From Lineus longissimus (Eukaryota), in the NCBI RefSeq assembly GCF_910592395.1, contig NC_088308.1, positions 806,001 to 870,000 of the forward strand: a stretch of 64,000 bases of DNA, read 5' to 3'. Below are positions 11,084 through 24,582 of the stretch, piece by piece. The notes under the pieces were generated by a model that was not told where the DNA came from, made no database searches, and saw nothing but the letters and a program-made list of their open reading frames with translations. The first letter of the stretch is position 1. Each line of letters starts with the position of its first letter. The position numbers and the translations under genes were made by a program.

Positions 11084-13390
11084 TCACGATTTGCAAGTGA
11101 GAATTAGACCTTGAGACATGCACACAATGAGTAGACACACCAACCTGATGATTGTGAACCGTCTCTTTCTAAAGAGAAGGCAAACCATCAATAACAACGT
11201 CACATTTATGCCAACAATAGCCACCAAAGGTGTGTCACAACCCCGACCTATTTTCGACAACTTGCTAAAAGTTGTGCTCACTTCCACAGAAAACTGACTT
11301 CCGAGAAGGTCAGATTTTCCCCTCTCTATATTCAAAGTGTATGAATTTATCCTTGATGATAGTTTTAATGTAACTTTCTTTGGATCCACCAAGTTGAAAT
11401 GCAAGTTCGAAGCCTTGAATCTAGGAGATGATAGTACAAATGCAATCCAAGTTGAGTTGCCTTCAAGTTCGAATGTCACATTGGCATTCGAGACTGTCCT
11501 CCTGAAGTCCTCTGTTCGGATGTACGAAAAATGAACCGTGGGGGTCTGACCTTGCCCTGTGGTGTAAACTGCTTGATATCTTCCTTCTGTCAAGTTCAAA
11601 TGAAAACCATTTCCTAAGGTTTTATTGAACTTGTATTGGTAATTGTTAAAGAAAGCACTAGCATGTGTGAGGTTGCTTCCTCTTGTTAACCTCACATTGT
11701 CAATGACGAGTAAAGCGTCTGGGTTCAGCAGGACCAGGTGTCGCCGCCAGCTCAGTAATCCCATCTTGCTTGGATAGGACTTGGCAGCCTCTCCCTCCAA
11801 GTAGACGGTGTTGTCTTTCTGCTTCACTGATAGGATCTCCCCTCGTGCATGTTTGGAGTCTTCGTCCTGCAAGCCCAACCATTTACCACAATCACCGGCC
11901 TGTCCTCCCCATGACGGCGTGCAGGAACTACTATCACTGGGGTGAAACATTAAAACGTTATCCAAGTAAGTGAACTTATTTGCGTAAAGACCCTCTGTTA
12001 TGAATGGTACACCATTTGGAGAAAATGTGAACGAGTTCTGATCAGGGTGTTCATGTCCCGGGTTGAAGTTGCGCCATCCCTCGCTCAACCAAGGTGGGCG
12101 TCTTGTCAGTCCGTGGGCCATGTCGTACACGGCTGTCCCATGTTTCTTTCCAGATTTGAAAGACAGAAATGTAGATACGGGACTGAGGTCCGTGCTGTAA
12201 CCATAGGTTACCACGCCCCAGTCGGAAAAAACGTGCAGTGTATTTTCCCCATGGGCGAGAGGAGGCGTCGCTCCCAAAGTAGGGTCATACCAGATGAACT
12301 CTGTGTGGAGTGTTGAATACATTTGACTTGGTCCCGGTAGAAGATACGGATGCTTCGCCTTATTCTCCCTGATAGCTTTAGCTAACCAATTCCCACTCCC
12401 GTTCCTCATGACGAAACGGTCAAGGAAGACCAGCTGACTCTCTGGGCCATACCACCAACCAGCGCACGAGTCCGCTATCCCAACACTCCTGTAGTATCCC
12501 GGTAGAGTCGTGGCGTAATAAAACCAGAAATGCTCCTGCAGCCATGGACTCTGGAAATGTGAGATTCCGAAATGTCTGCTCACGATATGAGCGTACTGAG
12601 ACAAGGAGCGCATCGTGTAAGACCCATAGGACACTGCCTCATTCAGAGACCCGTCTTTGACTTGATTGAGTAGGAACATCGTCCTCTCAAATTGCCCGAC
12701 GGCTCTCTTAATCCACACACTTGCCTTCGCGTCATGCGGCTTTGAGACCAAACCTCCAACTAACAGCGCCAAGAGGTTGGTGGCAACATGATTTTGAATG
12801 TAGCTATGTCCCCACCAGCGACTAAAAGACGCATGATACAGCCCCTTCGTCACTGTTAGAATTTTATTCGTGTACAGTTGTTGCTTTTTGCGCCCAAACC
12901 GCGGGAATAAGAAGTCATACGCGGTTGCGAATCCAAGCAGTGAATGTGAGACTGGGACCTCGTCCGTCGGGGCAGATGCGACCAACCAGTTCGGGTAACT
13001 TGCCATCCTATCCATGGACACCTCAACGAACTTGAAAGCCTTCTCATCCTCCGGATACAGCAAGCAGTAGAACGCCATTACCGGCAGATTGTTCCCGTAT
13101 CTCTCATTCCAGCGGGACCCGAACAACTCATGTGAGACGGGTGGAATGAATAATGACGGTTTCTGGAGGAAATCGTCGCGCGCTCTTTTTAGGTCTTTGG
13201 TGATATCCTGGTGTGTGGTGTTGGCTGCAATGCGGTACTTTACAATGTCACGTGCTTCAAAGAAGAGCATAGGGAAGTTTGTCTTGGTGACGTCGGACTG
13301 GTGGTCTAGTTTCTGAGGTCGGGATAGTTGCATGAGATTCGTCAGGACAAGCAGGGACAAAGAAAGTGCATAGTGCATGAATGGCGTCAT
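11084..13390 (-). CDS. DSE: Dermatan-sulfate epimerase family protein (DSE/DSEL-like), ~768 aa, single coding exon, N-terminal signal peptide and two C-terminal hydrophobic segments
   Basis: Motifs WNERYGNNL, DEVPVSHSLLGFATAYDFL, QNHVATN, DGSLNEAVSYGSY, WWYGPESQLVFLDRFVMRNGSGNWLA, NFNPGHEHPDQNSFTF. First ATG at 13390 (ORF track begins at an upstream GTG). A splice acceptor at ~13464 suggests a 5'UTR intron. DSE versus DSEL orthology is not resolvable by eye. Confidence 0.93.
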   Translation of the reverse strand: MTPFMHYALSLSLLVLTNLMQLSRPQKLDHQSDVTKTNFPMLFFEARDIVKYRIAANTTHQDITKDLKRARDDFLQKPSLFIPPVSHELFGSRWNERYGNNLPVMAFYCLLYPEDEKAFKFVEVSMDRMASYPNWLVASAPTDEVPVSHSLLGFATAYDFLFPRFGRKKQQLYTNKILTVTKGLYHASFSRWWGHSYIQNHVATNLLALLVGGLVSKPHDAKASVWIKRAVGQFERTMFLLNQVKDGSLNEAVSYGSYTMRSLSQYAHIVSRHFGISHFQSPWLQEHFWFYYATTLPGYYRSVGIADSCAGWWYGPESQLVFLDRFVMRNGSGNWLAKAIRENKAKHPYLLPGPSQMYSTLHTEFIWYDPTLGATPPLAHGENTLHVFSDWGVVTYGYSTDLSPVSTFLSFKSGKKHGTAVYDMAHGLTRRPPWLSEGWRNFNPGHEHPDQNSFTFSPNGVPFITEGLYANKFTYLDNVLMFHPSDSSSCTPSWGGQAGDCGKWLGLQDEDSKHARGEILSVKQKDNTVYLEGEAAKSYPSKMGLLSWRRHLVLLNPDALLVIDNVRLTRGSNLTHASAFFNNYQYKFNKTLGNGFHLNLTEGRYQAVYTTGQGQTPTVHFSYIRTEDFRRTVSNANVTFELEGNSTWIAFVLSSPRFKASNLHFNLVDPKKVTLKLSSRINSYTLNIERGKSDLLGSQFSVEVSTTFSKLSKIGRGCDTPLVAIVGINVTLLLMVCLLFRKRRFTIIRLVCLLIVCMSQGLILTCKS

Positions 13391-16133
13391 CTTGACGTCC
13401 ACGCGATCTCAGCCAGCAGCCTCCTCACAGCTCTCTCAGGACACCATCATTCGTTTCTTTCACCTAAGGGAAAGGAAACTATTATGAATGTTGATAATCA
13501 TGGACAGTAAAACTATAAGTAATAATGAAGATAAGAAGTTTAAAGGTATTTGACCATAGTCGGCCAATGCCGGGCATCCCTCCTCGGTCATGTCAGTAGC
13601 TCACAGTGCTGTCCACTGGCAGCTGTTGAATTGTTATTTCACACAGTGTACACATCCGGTTGTTACCTGCATTAAGTATCGACATGATATTTGCCATTGG
13701 ATTCACCCTTTGAAACGACATGTTTGAGTGACGAGAAACTTCACTGGTCACCCTACACCCGACAGATCAATAAGTGATGTCGACAGGCATGTTGTCCTGA
13801 AGTAAGGACACAGGCATGTTGTCTTGAAGTGAGGATACATTTTTCGTTGGCTTCTCTGACTTGGCATCGTCAAACCTATCTGGACGCATGAGGTATATCT
13901 AGTCTTGAATTAACGGAATGCTATTGCGCTCGACAACGTTGTAAGACGACCAGTGTGGAGTGGCAGTCTGCCGACAAAATGGAAGCTGTGTGGAGGAGAC
14001 TAACGGGAATGATAGGCCTAATTGCTTTTTTTGCTTACCTCTTATTGCTTATCAACTGTTCTGTACGTGAAATCCCGGTTGAATGCAATATGCATGCCAT
14101 CTAGCTGGTCACAGTTCCCTTATCAAATTGGCGGATTTAGATAGGACGCGTGTGTTCAGCCCCTCCACGACAAAGTACAGACCTTCCGAATATGTATATG
14201 TTGGGTAATTGGCAAGTTCAAGACACACTGTAAAAATGCACACGTAGTGCCAGTAATTTTAGGAACGAGGTCACGCAGTAGTCGACGTATTTGTTTTCGG
14301 AGCAATTAGTACGCTTTTTGTCATCATGATAGCGTTTGTGATATCTACAAACTATTGCCACATATAGGCCTACTACGCGTCACGTACATGTGAGGTGCGT
14401 GTAGAATGGGATATTTGTAGACCCTGTAACATCTGTGGTTGTTCCCCATGTGTCAGTGTTTCCAAACAATAGGCAGCTAGAGAGACCACGACTTTTCAAT
14501 AGGGGGGATACACAGAAAAACTTGTCAATCTATTTTTGAGCGTTCCCAAACAATGAGGGGAAACACTCAAAAACAGAAACACTCAAAAACATTACACCGG
14601 TTTGTTTGTCCCCCTGCATTGTTTGATGCAAGGGGATGTCAATCAATATCATAGGCAGGAGCTAATATTAAACCAGGGCTACAAATAGCCCCATTCTACC
14701 TTACTAGCATACCCATGGAGCGGGCAAAGTTGAAAATATACATTAGTTAATTAAATGGGCACTATGATTGAGCTACATTAAATTTCTAACGTTACTGAAG
14801 TTTTATTAAAGGTTAAACACGAAATTAACTGCATTTAGGGACTTATTGCTGCTATCTACATGCAACCCCCAATAGATTGATTGGAGTATGCTATTTTGCA
14901 CAATGCATTGAGACCAGTGACAGCAGGTCCTGTTCCAAATAAGGCCCTCACATGAGGAGAATATGCGTGAAGTTTGTGTATGCTTTTGAGAATGAGCGGA
15001 GCTCTCCAGTCGACGTGCTCTCTGAAAAGTTGTTATTTATTCTAAAACCACGAAGATATTCGACGTATGACACCCTCAGTGACACTCTTACGTAAGATCC
15101 AGACCTACGAAGCCAAAGGTTGCAAGAATTCGACGCATTTCCGAGGCCCAATTTTGAAACAAAAATCGCCTCCTATTTAGCGGCCACAACGCGCATTATA
15201 GTATAGATAGATATCCAAAGATCTGTAGCGGGTGCCTATACTATTCAGTCTCGCGTGTTCTATCTGGCAATCATAGACCGACCACCATCACGAATGGGGA
15301 CCAATAACGGCAGCGGCCGAGAAGTCATGTCGTCCCCAAATCACCGCGCGGCGGGCCATACTCCGCGCAGCGATAGTAGTGTCGGGAGGCGTATGCTTTA
15401 ATAGTGTGTCTGCTTTGGAGAATGCAGGTGGTTCAGTATCCGAGTTCATTCCAGTAGCCGTCGATTGGACTGTATATCGGCAGTGGGGTCACCACTGTCA
15501 CTCTGCTGGGCGGGGGTGGATAAAATGGGCATGCTCCGGAGTACAGCGGTACACTTCCCCGGGTACACATCCACATATACGGGCCACACGGTTGTCCCCC
15601 GGGGGCTCTCCTCCGACAGAGAGAATAACCGCACCGCACCATACATGTACTCACATAACTCATAGAACAAGAAACTGTCGAAAATAATATTATCTTCCAG
15701 TTTACAGATTTTGATTTATGTCGATCAGTCGATCAATTCAATTCCGATAGAAGCAGATGGATGTTAATTCGAAAGATGACAAACTAGAAGCTATGAGATA
15801 TGATCAAATTTATTGAAAAAGTACAAAAAGTGTCTTTGAGACGGTATGAATGAGACATACATGTTGTGACAGTGTCTTTGAGACGGTATGAATAAGACAT
15901 ACATGTTGTGACATCTAGAATAACTTCTTTATTATAGCACCTCAGTTTAGAGCACCTTGTTAACCCTCCATGGGTTCGAAACAGACACCTCCTGGATCCT
16001 GAATCCAATACAATATATACAAGTTATACAAGATATAGGCCTACTAGTTTTTCCGAGTTACTCCGTTCGTTATGTTTATGGTCCAGCAGACCTACGTAGA
16101 ATCACTTTTGAGACGATGTTTACATCTTACAAC

Positions 16134-19100
16134 TCAAAGTTGTTCCTCGGCAGTACCGATAGTCTCGGTGGCTCTTTCCGCCTCGCCCTCTATCGGGAGG
16201 GCAGTCGACTCTGGTAAGGGCTTGTCCTTGGTCTCTGGCAGGAAGGTGAAGACAAGGACGGCGCTGGTCACAGCCAGGATCGTGTAGACGGCGTACGGGA
16301 TGGACCGGTGGTACATCATGCCCTGTGGAGTAAAAGAGGAACGGATTAGAGTCACTATTGGAGTGAAACTTTCTTCTCAGATTTCAGGACTTGAGGCCCG
16401 GTCCTCCAGACGACCGTGCTAGAGGTGGGTTAAAGCTAACGTGAAACGAGTAACCACATTTCAGCAACTTGGCCCTGGAGCCGGTTGCTCATCCGATTAT
16501 CTGGTGTTCGTCCCTAACGCTGATTGAACAACTGGACCCTAGCCTTTATTTAACAAATTCTTCGTTCTGAGACCGCAACACTGAGTACATCCATGATAGG
16601 CTGTCGGATTTCTATGTCTCATGTTGGTATTCCGTTCTCGATCGACTGCCTGTAATCTGGTAATACCACCATCAGTGCTGTTTACCTAACTCACCAGGTA
16701 TGATATCTGTGGAGTGACAGCCCCAGCCACTCTAGCGAACATGCTGCAAGCACCCATTCCGATGTTTCTACAACAGAAAATGGTGAACTGTCTCAATTTG
16801 GCGCAACTTGATTTCGGATTCTGGATCTGATCAGCTGTCACACTGACCTACGCCTGATTACAATGTCGTTTACCACGTGCCTATTGCACAGTTACGGCCA
16901 TGTCGACAATCATGACCAAGGCAATATACCTCATCTATTGCTTTTGCAATTCTCGTAAATAAGTGCCAAGCATCACCGCCTGTCACACGGGTGACCAGGC
17001 GTAGAAGTCTGAAGGTCCTAAGATAGAAAGTCCGGGAAACGAAGGTACTTTAATTTCTTACATGCAGCTATTCATGGACATAGCAGCTATTTCAGACAAA
17101 ACAAATTATATGTGAAAATTTTCACAGCGACTGCTTTAGACCCACCCTTTAGAATGGCTTACCTCATAAGCGTGGGATAAAGCTCACTGGAATAGATAGC
17201 AGCCAGCATCCAACAGGCATTGACGGCTCCCTTCCCGATGAGGACGAGCGCCCGGGTGAGGTTCGGGTGGTCCTCGTCCAGCCCTGTGCTGATGAAGACG
17301 AGCACGATACACATACACGTGCTCGGAATGACCATGTAGCCCACGAACGACCAGCGACGACCGAATCTTGAAGAGACAAAGCAACATCTGAACTTAGAGA
17401 AAGAACTGATTATAGGACGTTTGCAATATCGAGAGGCGGAGTGTGTTGAAAACCACCATCGTTATACCATGGAAAGACACTTTAACAACATTGAACATTT
17501 CCCGGCAACAGACGATAATATGGAGTTTACTTACCTTAGTCCTGTCAGAATGACGGTCCACGCAAAAGGCAGTGCCAACATTGGAGATATGAGAGTGTTG
17601 ATGTAGAAGTTACCACTTAGGCTACCATATTGCGTTGATATGCCATAGAAAATTGTCGAACATGTGAACCTACAAGAAAACAAAGATATCATCTTATATC
17701 GAGGTATGCCGGCTGGCTTGGCCGGATTTAGTGGTCTCTGTGGGTAGAGAGGGTTACTATTGTCCTAGCTGCGATCTGCTCTTCACCCTGACTTAACATG
17801 TGAACAATAACACTATTGTCCCAGCTGCAATCTGCTCTTCACCCTGACTTACCATGTGAACAATAACACTATTGTCCTAGCTGCAATATGCTCTTCACCC
17901 TGACTTACCATGTGAACAATAACACTATTGTCCTAGCTGCAATCTGCTCTTCACCCTGACTTACCATGTGGACAACAACACTATTGTCCCAGCTGCAATC
18001 TGCTCTTCATCCTGACTTACCATGTGAACAATAACACTATTGTCCCAGCTGCAATATGCTCTTCACCCTGACTTACCATGTGGACAACAACACTATTGTC
18101 CTAGCTGCAATCTGCTCTTCACCCTGACTTACCATGTGGACAACAACACTATTGTCCTAGCTGCAATCTGCTCTTCACCCTGACTTACCATGTGGACAAC
18201 AACACTATTGTCCTAGCTGCAATCTGCTCTTCACCCTGACTTACCATGTGAACAATAACACTATTGTCCCAGCTGCAATCTGCTCTTCACCCTGACTTAC
18301 CATGTGAACAATAACACTATTGTCCTAGCTGCAATCTGCTCTTCACCCTGACTTACCATGTTAACAATAACTCTATTGTCCTAGCTGCAATCTGCTCTTC
18401 ATCCTGACTTACCATGTGAACAATAACACTATTGTCCCAGCTGCAATCTGCTCTTCACCCTGACTTACCATGTGGACAACAACACTGTTGTCCCAGCTGC
18501 AATCTGCTCTTCATCCTGACTTACCATGTGGACAACGACACTATTGTCCCAGCTGCAATCTGCTCTTCACCCTGACTTACCATGTGAACAATAACACTAT
18601 TGTCCTAGCTGCAATCTGCTCTTCACCCTGACTTAACATGTGAACAATAACACTATTGTCCCAGCTGCGATCTGCTCTCACCCTGACTTAACATGTGAAC
18701 AATAACACTATTGTCCCAGCTGCAATCTGCTCTTCACCCTGACGTACCATGTGAACAATAACACTATTGTCCTAGCTGCAATCTGCTCTCACCCTGACTT
18801 AACATGTGAACAATAACACTATTGTCCTAGCTGCAATCTGCTCTTCACCCTGACTTACCATGTGAACAATAACACTATTGTCCTAGCTGCAATCTGCTCT
18901 TCACCCTGACTTACCATGTGAACAATAACACTATTGTCCCAGCTGCAATCTGCTCTTCACCCTGACTTACCATGTGGACAATAACACTATTGTCCTAGCT
19001 GCAATCTGCTCTTCACCCTGACTTACCATGTGAACAATAACACTATTGTCCTAGCTGCAATCTGCTCTTCACCCTGACTTACCATGTGGACAACAACACT

Positions 19101-21733
19101 ATTGTCCTAGCTGCAATCTGCTCTTCACCCTGACTTACCATGTGAACAATAACACTATTGTCCCAGCTGCAATCTGCTCTTCACCCTGACTTACCATGTG
19201 AACAATAACACTACTGTCCTTGAAGCCACTTGCTTTCCCCTGAACAGGTCCAGGTAGCTGTACCGGTGCCGCCGGCTGTTCTCCTGGTTGTCCCGCAAGG
19301 CGATCGCCTTCAGGATGGTCAGGTCCGGCACCTCTTTACCATTACAGACAGCGATACGCTTCATGATGGCCTCTGCTTCGGCGAAACGTCCCTTCTGAAT
19401 GAGCCATCGGACACTTTCAGGAACCCATCTGCAGAGGTAAAGTGGCCATTGTTAGTTTGTGCCCATTGAAGTGTCGTTGCTCTAGACTCTGCAGGGATTG
19501 ATAGTTAGAGAGACTACGGATAACCTATATACAGGCGAGGTTACAAAACTGTCATTCACAGGCGAGGTTTTAACGGAAACCTTATTCACAGGCAAGGATT
19601 CCACGGACGGAAACCTCATTCAGAGGCAACTTGTTTTATCCGGGACTGGGTCTGCCCATAAAGTAAGATTTTGAAGCAGGTAATGGGCAAGGATTTTTTC
19701 CACATTAAACTTACATGATGATACAGAGAAGAAGGGGTGTTGTGGACAGTCCAGACACCAGCGCCTGGTAGCGCCAATCACCGAGTACGTAAGCCCAGAG
19801 GCACTGGAGGATGAGTCCCAGGACGAATAGGCTCAGAGATCCACAGAATGTCCGCCATTTTGGTCCGATGAACTCCATGGGCATGGTGGTGATGAGACAC
19901 ATGGTGCCACCTGGTAATGATATGAAATTGAAAAAGATATCGAAAACGAATGGTTTTGAACGTCACCCAATCAATAAAAAAACTGCCCAAAGCACCTCTT
20001 TAAGGGAGGAGGGGCTTATTGAGAGCACGACCAAGTGTCATACCAGTGACATACCTTAACAGAGGTGAATGCATCTCCGAATCCGGGAAGCTCAGTTGCG
20101 AGCTCTCTTGAACGGATACACCTTTGACCAACCTGGAGCCGTTAGGTTCCTATCCTCTATGCCTGATTCTCAATGTAAGGTACATAAGAGCACCTCTAAT
20201 TAATCGGAAAACAAGGTAGAGTCGGAAAAAGAATTAGGAAGCGAGAAGGCAGCTTCAACTTGATAAACTCGTGTCAGACTGTTTACTTTTGAGGTTTTTG
20301 GCAATTTTCGGGTACGTTTTCATGGTATTGTCATTGAGCAGCACTGGAATCACCAGTGGCAAACAAGCGGGGACATGGATCAAGAAACAACGCAAATATT
20401 AGAACCAGGACTACTCACCAAGGCAGACACAGGCCAGGAACCTGGTGAAGATGTAGACCTGCCACGAACACGAGAGAGAGACTGCAGCTTGGATGAACAT
20501 CATCCCGGACGCCACAGCCAACAGGGTCTTCTTGCGACCGAAAAGGTCCGCTAGCTGTCCAGTCAGGAGAGCCCCCAGGAGGACACCGAGCATCTGGATA
20601 CTGACCGCCAGCTTCGGCACGTACGACAAGCCACATATTAGACCAAACTGGAAGAGAATAAAGTCGCATAAGATATGTATATATTACAAATGCATCCTTT
20701 CTCAAGAAAGCTTCTTTGGCGCTGAGTGCTGAGCTGTCACTGGCAAAAGGAAGTTGCAGCAGGTGACCCAGGCGCCGGGTCGCAGGAGCTGGGGGCCCGA
20801 TTTTTGGTCTCTCCAGCCGAGCGGTCTTGTGAAAAGTGCTAGTATTAAAACCATGTGCGTATTGAGGAACTGTCTGATGAGGTGGCATTCGATTTCAACA
20901 GTAGTCATGGGAGGTCAGAATGGCCACTTATAGTAAAATACATGAACTAATGCTCATATCTGTAGTCTGTCGGTGAATACGCGAGCGGTACTGCGGCCTG
21001 CTGGTAGTCTATCATATCTGACGGCCGGTAGTGTTTTCTAACTCGGCCGTTAGGGTTTTATGCATGCATGCCTACCGCCATCACACTTGGCCTACTTGAC
21101 GTTCGAGCTGATCGTAGTCTCATTCGGTTTTTTAGTGTGATAAGAGCAATCTCCCAAATGACCTCAGGCTTTATAGCCTACAGACCGAGCGATCATTGCT
21201 ACTGTATATATACAATGTTTATATCAAATGGTGTTATTTGGCGAATTCGCCAATATTAGGCCTATTTGACCTTGAGTGTGACCAGGAATGAGAGGCAATA
21301 CGGACCAAGTGTGCCATGAGGGTGCATTCCTTCATTGTGTTCAAGAACACGTCATCTCACTCACCTCGGAAACTATAGACGAAAACTGCCCAGAAAAGTT
21401 CACTTCTTCACACTCATCCCTTAACAAGTTACAACCGCCTGCTGTCCGATTCTCTGATGACGTCCCATTGTCCGAAAACAATAAAAACGACACATTCCCG
21501 TAACCATGATAACGAACACATTCCCATCCCGGGTTGGCGTTTGCGAATACGAAGAACATCATACACTGGCCTGTGCCGAGGTCCATCAAGGTGAGAATAC
21601 TGAACAGGCGCATCTGGAAGAACCCAAACTCGCCCACCTCCTTTAACACCTCCTCGAACGTTGGTGCCTTGGTCGCATTGGAACGAATTGAACCGTTGGA
21701 CAAAGCCTCCTTTAGCTTTCCCGGTTCCGGCAT
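16134..21733 (-). CDS. SLC22-family (organic cation/anion) MFS transporter, 542 aa. Exons: 21733-21365, 20647-20419, 19910-19715, 19428-19195, 17669-17535, 17366-17163, 16767-16695, 16322-16134
   Basis: All eight exons join in frame with GT-AG (1629 nt). Motifs FEEVLKEVGEFGFFQ, SIVSEFGLIC, GQLADLFGRK, EFIGPKWR, VPESVRWL, RFGRR, YSSELYPTLMRNIG, LPETKDKPLP. Confidence 0.93.
17755..19219. repeat. 56-bp minisatellite, about 26 copies, filling SLC22 intron 4 and overlapping the exon 4 / intron 4 boundary
   Basis: Unit on - strand GTAAGTCAGGGTGAAGAGCAGATTGCAGCTAGGACAATAGTGTTATTGTTCACATG; period 56 (e.g. 17821 to 17877). Confidence 0.96.
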
Positions 21734-24582
21734 GGTCTTGTCTCTGGTTACCTAGCGTTAGGCCTATAGGGTGAACCAGACCCAGGTCAGTAACTAAGCG
21801 GCAAACCTTCCACTAACACCCCTCAGCTCACAGGTCGAGGTCCTCTAAATCACCACGCCGTCTTTGACTATCACGATCCAATGCTCTTATGTTAAAAAAC
21901 AATGATTTCTTAACATATCATTCCGTCTATATAGTCAATAAATTTCTCTTTCTGACTTGATATTCTGGAAGATTGTCCACATCAAAAGTCAGGGATATCC
22001 AAATATAGGCCAATCAATATTCCATTCCAAGTCAACATCCATCGTGGCTTACTCGCAATGAATGATCTACTCTATCCAAAGAAATGCGTTCTTTATAGAG
22101 AGAAATAGGACACTACTTAAAGAACTGTACAATACAGTGGAGTATCTTTTAACCTACATTCCCTTGGTTATCCTCTGTTCCGAAGCGATGTGAGAATGAA
22201 CTTGATAATAATAATATCGTTCATTATCGTTGTAGTGTGATCTTCTTCACAGGGGCATGTATGACCGGGAAATAGATTATGTAACAAGTATAATATCTCG
22301 GCATTGTTATTCTTGACACATATTAGATAATTTCCAGGAACGATTAACTATGTACATGTAATCACTACTTTGATTACGGTATATACCAGTATTATCGTGT
22401 TTACGTTTGCATTGGCCTTGAGGCCGATCGCCAATTACTTCAAAAAATCCTTCAAATCTTTCAAAATGCACGAAAGCACGAGACTTTTTATTCAATCGCA
22501 CATGGGGGGGGGGGGGTTAAGGACACCTGCCTCTTGCTGCCCCCGTCCCACCCTCAATGTTACTGGACGTGACGGGGGACGTTAGTTGAGTGGTCCAACT
22601 ATATCGTCAAAATAAGTTAAAAATGACGTTTGCGGAAGGAAGACGAAATACATGCCGGTGTCTGCCAATAAGCGATAGCCATTCATCCTTCGCGACCTCC
22701 TCGACCCGTTTAATTGATGTCATCCGGGGAAGAGTTTCACCAGAGGCGACATCCTGGTTGAGACGACCCAAAAGATGTTGGTGATCGACCAAGCTGATAA
22801 CGCCGAAACTATAGTCTCCGTCAAAATCACCCCAATCATTATTAACTGGGGTGGAGGTGTTTGTCCATGAGGGAATCATCAGAATAATGGCATAAATGTG
22901 ACTGCACCATATTTCATTGCTGCCCGGCATCTGCGCTGCCACATCTGACATCATGGGTTAATTAGCCCGGTTCTGAAATTTGGTTCTTAACTCAAAATTT
23001 ACAACCGTGTTTTAGTGTAGAATTTTGATGTTGATAGTAGTAGACCCGGGCTAGTGTTTACTGGTGGTACATTTTTGCTGGCCTTTAGACGTGATCTGAT
23101 GTTTGCTAGCCGATTGATAGCATTTCGAACGCAGTGGACTCGCCTCGTCCCTCAACCTATATGGTAGATCCAACTGGGTTGAGGCAATGGACTGCCCCAG
23201 GATACTGCTACCATGACATTTGTAAATCATAGTTGGAACTTCTTGAAAAGGAAGTGGACGTTGGACTTGAATGAGTTTATTCCAGCTCTAGGTCAAGTTG
23301 GCCTTAATTATATTAAGATTGTTTACTAAGAAAGACATTTTGCCGGATATCATTGTGAGACTATAGACGAATGATTATGTCTATATCGTGTGGCAGAGCG
23401 AAAACGCCCCGCTCTCCAGTCCCGCTCACTGACACAGCCGACCTCAAATACCTGGGTCAGTTGTATGCTTCTCCCCTCGCACCCAGCACCTAAGTCGTTC
23501 TGTATGAAGTACCGAGTGAAATGCCCTTAAGCTTAGGATGGTAAACACAAGGTTGATTAAGTGAAGCAAGCGATGAATCATAGTTATTATTTATTAGAAT
23601 AAATTGCCGGCTACGATTTGTGTTTTTCAAACGCACCTGTGATATTGGAATTCACCCGCCTTCCTACACGTTTTTATTACCACTGTCTGTGGTGAAAACC
23701 TAATAAAGTTCAGCAAACTTATTTGACAACTAATATTATCATCATTGTGATGTACTGAATGTGAAAATTACATATTGCATGGATTTATATTGCGCGACGT
23801 GTCAGTCCTATTGCGCCAGGAAACAGTAAACTATTCTGATAATTATCTACATTCAATCGATGTTACAAACGCCATTAAAACTTAATTAACTTTGATTAAA
23901 TAAAACCTTTTTTGCACTTCTGAACAGTCATGCGCTAACAATCGTTGTAAGCTTACTTGTAATTGATTGTCGGTGACGTAAGCAAAGTGAGCATGGTTTG
24001 TTAGTACATGTCTATGGTATGAAATCGGGAACCAAATGAGTCTATAAATCCTCTCTTATGAGGCTAGTTGACTTTGATAGAGGTAAAAACCAGAAGCTCT
24101 TGCACGAATTGCACTGAATATATCCTCTGATGCAAGATAGGTTCATTCAAATCGCAGTCAAGGCTAATGGGCTGATGCTCCGCCTCGGATTGGACGATCA
24201 TAATATAGAGACATGGAATGGTTATGACAAGCTACTGCATGACTGACCTTATAAAAGTGAAAGGAGGGCAGTTTACAGATAAATCGTTCATTGTCATCAT
24301 CGCAACAGACCAATTTAAGCAATTATATAACATAATAGATCATGTATCCTCAACTCTGCAACATTATAATATCGTTTAATTTCCGGACTGGTCGATTATC
24401 ATCCAGTTTGTACAAATTATATTTCCTTGTTTGCCAATATTTGAACGGTAGCAAATCTTGTTGGCCATTGTCCAGACCGGCGTTGAAATATTGACAAGCC
24501 GAGGGTGAAAGCCGCAGTTTACACTGAGCAGTAACAAAGTAAAGTACACGAGTACCCGGCGCAGACGATCACAGCATCCAAG

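Noticed and set aside
14200..15700. Possible repeat-element fragments between the epimerase and SLC22 genes
   Set aside because: Could not define paired termini, TSDs or coding remnants by eye.
17755..19219. CRISPR-like array (also considered for the other short repeats)
   Set aside because: No unique spacers, no cas genes, eukaryotic intronic context.
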